Shown one piece after another: positions 63,269 to 64,000 of a DNA stretch of 64,000 nucleotides. The DNA comes from Mobula hypostoma (lineage: Eukaryota). Below the pieces are notes generated by a model. That model was not told the origin of the DNA. It made no database searches and was given only the letters and a program-made list of their open reading frames with translations. The position numbers and the translations under genes are program-made. Location: NCBI RefSeq assembly GCF_963921235.1, contig NC_086106.1, forward strand, positions 18,600,001-18,664,000, read 5' to 3'. How positions within the stretch are numbered: the stretch's first letter is position 1; each line of letters opens with the position of its first letter.

Positions 63269-64000
63269 TTGCAGATAACTCAGTTAGAAAATGAGATTCT
63301 ATTCCTCCAGCTTGCTTTTGGCCTCACCATGGTACTAAATGATGCCAAGACCGGACAGTTTGCTGTGGAAATGGGGAGAGGAATTGAAATGGCTGCAAGT
63401 GGGAGCTATCGATGGCCATTGTGGCTGGAGTGCAGATGTTTGTTAATGTGGTTCCCTAGTCCACACTTGGGTCACCTTGAGAGCACTGAATGCAATAGTC
63501 AACAATGGATGAGGTGCATGGAAATCTGAGCCTCACTGCAAAGACTGTTTAGGTGATTGAATGGTGGTCAGGAGGTGTAGGGAAGGGTGTTACACCATCA
63601 CCAATTGCAGAGGAAATTCCTGGGGAGGGTGAGTTATCAACAAACTAGTGAATCACGGAGAGGGTGGTCCCCGTGGAAAGCAAACAGGTGGGGGGGGGTT
63701 TAGAAGATGTGGGATTGCGAAGAATGAATTGCTGAATGTGAAGGCTGGTGGGATGAAATGTGAGAAAATTCTCTCCCTGTTCTGTCTGAGGGAGATGGAT
63801 TCAGTGCAGAATTGTTGGAAATGGAGGAGATGTGGGTCAGGTCTCTATCAACCACAGCATGAGAGCACTGAAACTTGCTGCTCTTTCCGAAAAGACGACG
63901 TTTCAGATGTCCTGTATAGAAGGCCATTTCTCAATTACAGATGCCGCAGAGATGGAGAAACTGAGAGAAAGGAACGGCAGCCCTACATAAAAGAATTTGA

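Noticed and set aside
1-64000. CRISPR array, prokaryotic operon, rRNA or tRNA genes
   Set aside because: The sequence is vertebrate with spliced exons; no repeat-spacer array or structural RNA signature was seen.

Overview
Eukaryotic, cartilaginous-fish DNA, probably a ray (inferred from the repeat families, low certainty). Bases ~2.1-33.3 kb hold one immunoglobulin heavy-chain cluster of the IgW class on the minus strand. In transcription order: leader (33121-33076); a V exon already fused to a D-like segment and followed by a 12-bp-spacer RSS (32967-32634); one JH with a 23-bp-spacer RSS; C1; C2; a Cys-rich short secretory-tail exon with a premature stop; FIVE tandem C3-C4 exon pairs, all open and with GT-AG sites; three dead half-copies of C5 between them; a relocated intact copy of the secretory-tail exon after the fourth pair; then intact C5 and C6 with the secretory tailpiece and a poly(A) signal. 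Full exon inclusion would give about 14 constant domains (~1,600 aa), against the usual 6 of long IgW. The V-D-J segment lies in a CpG island and its RSSs are partly degenerate. No TM exon was found in the window. Bases 33.5-64 kb show no host gene and are nested retroelement debris: CR1-type, Rex1/Babar-type and RTE LINEs, Penelope-like elements, solo LTRs and a Tc1-like element. Exon boundaries were placed by hand from splice signals and phase; TE boundaries without a TSD are approximate.
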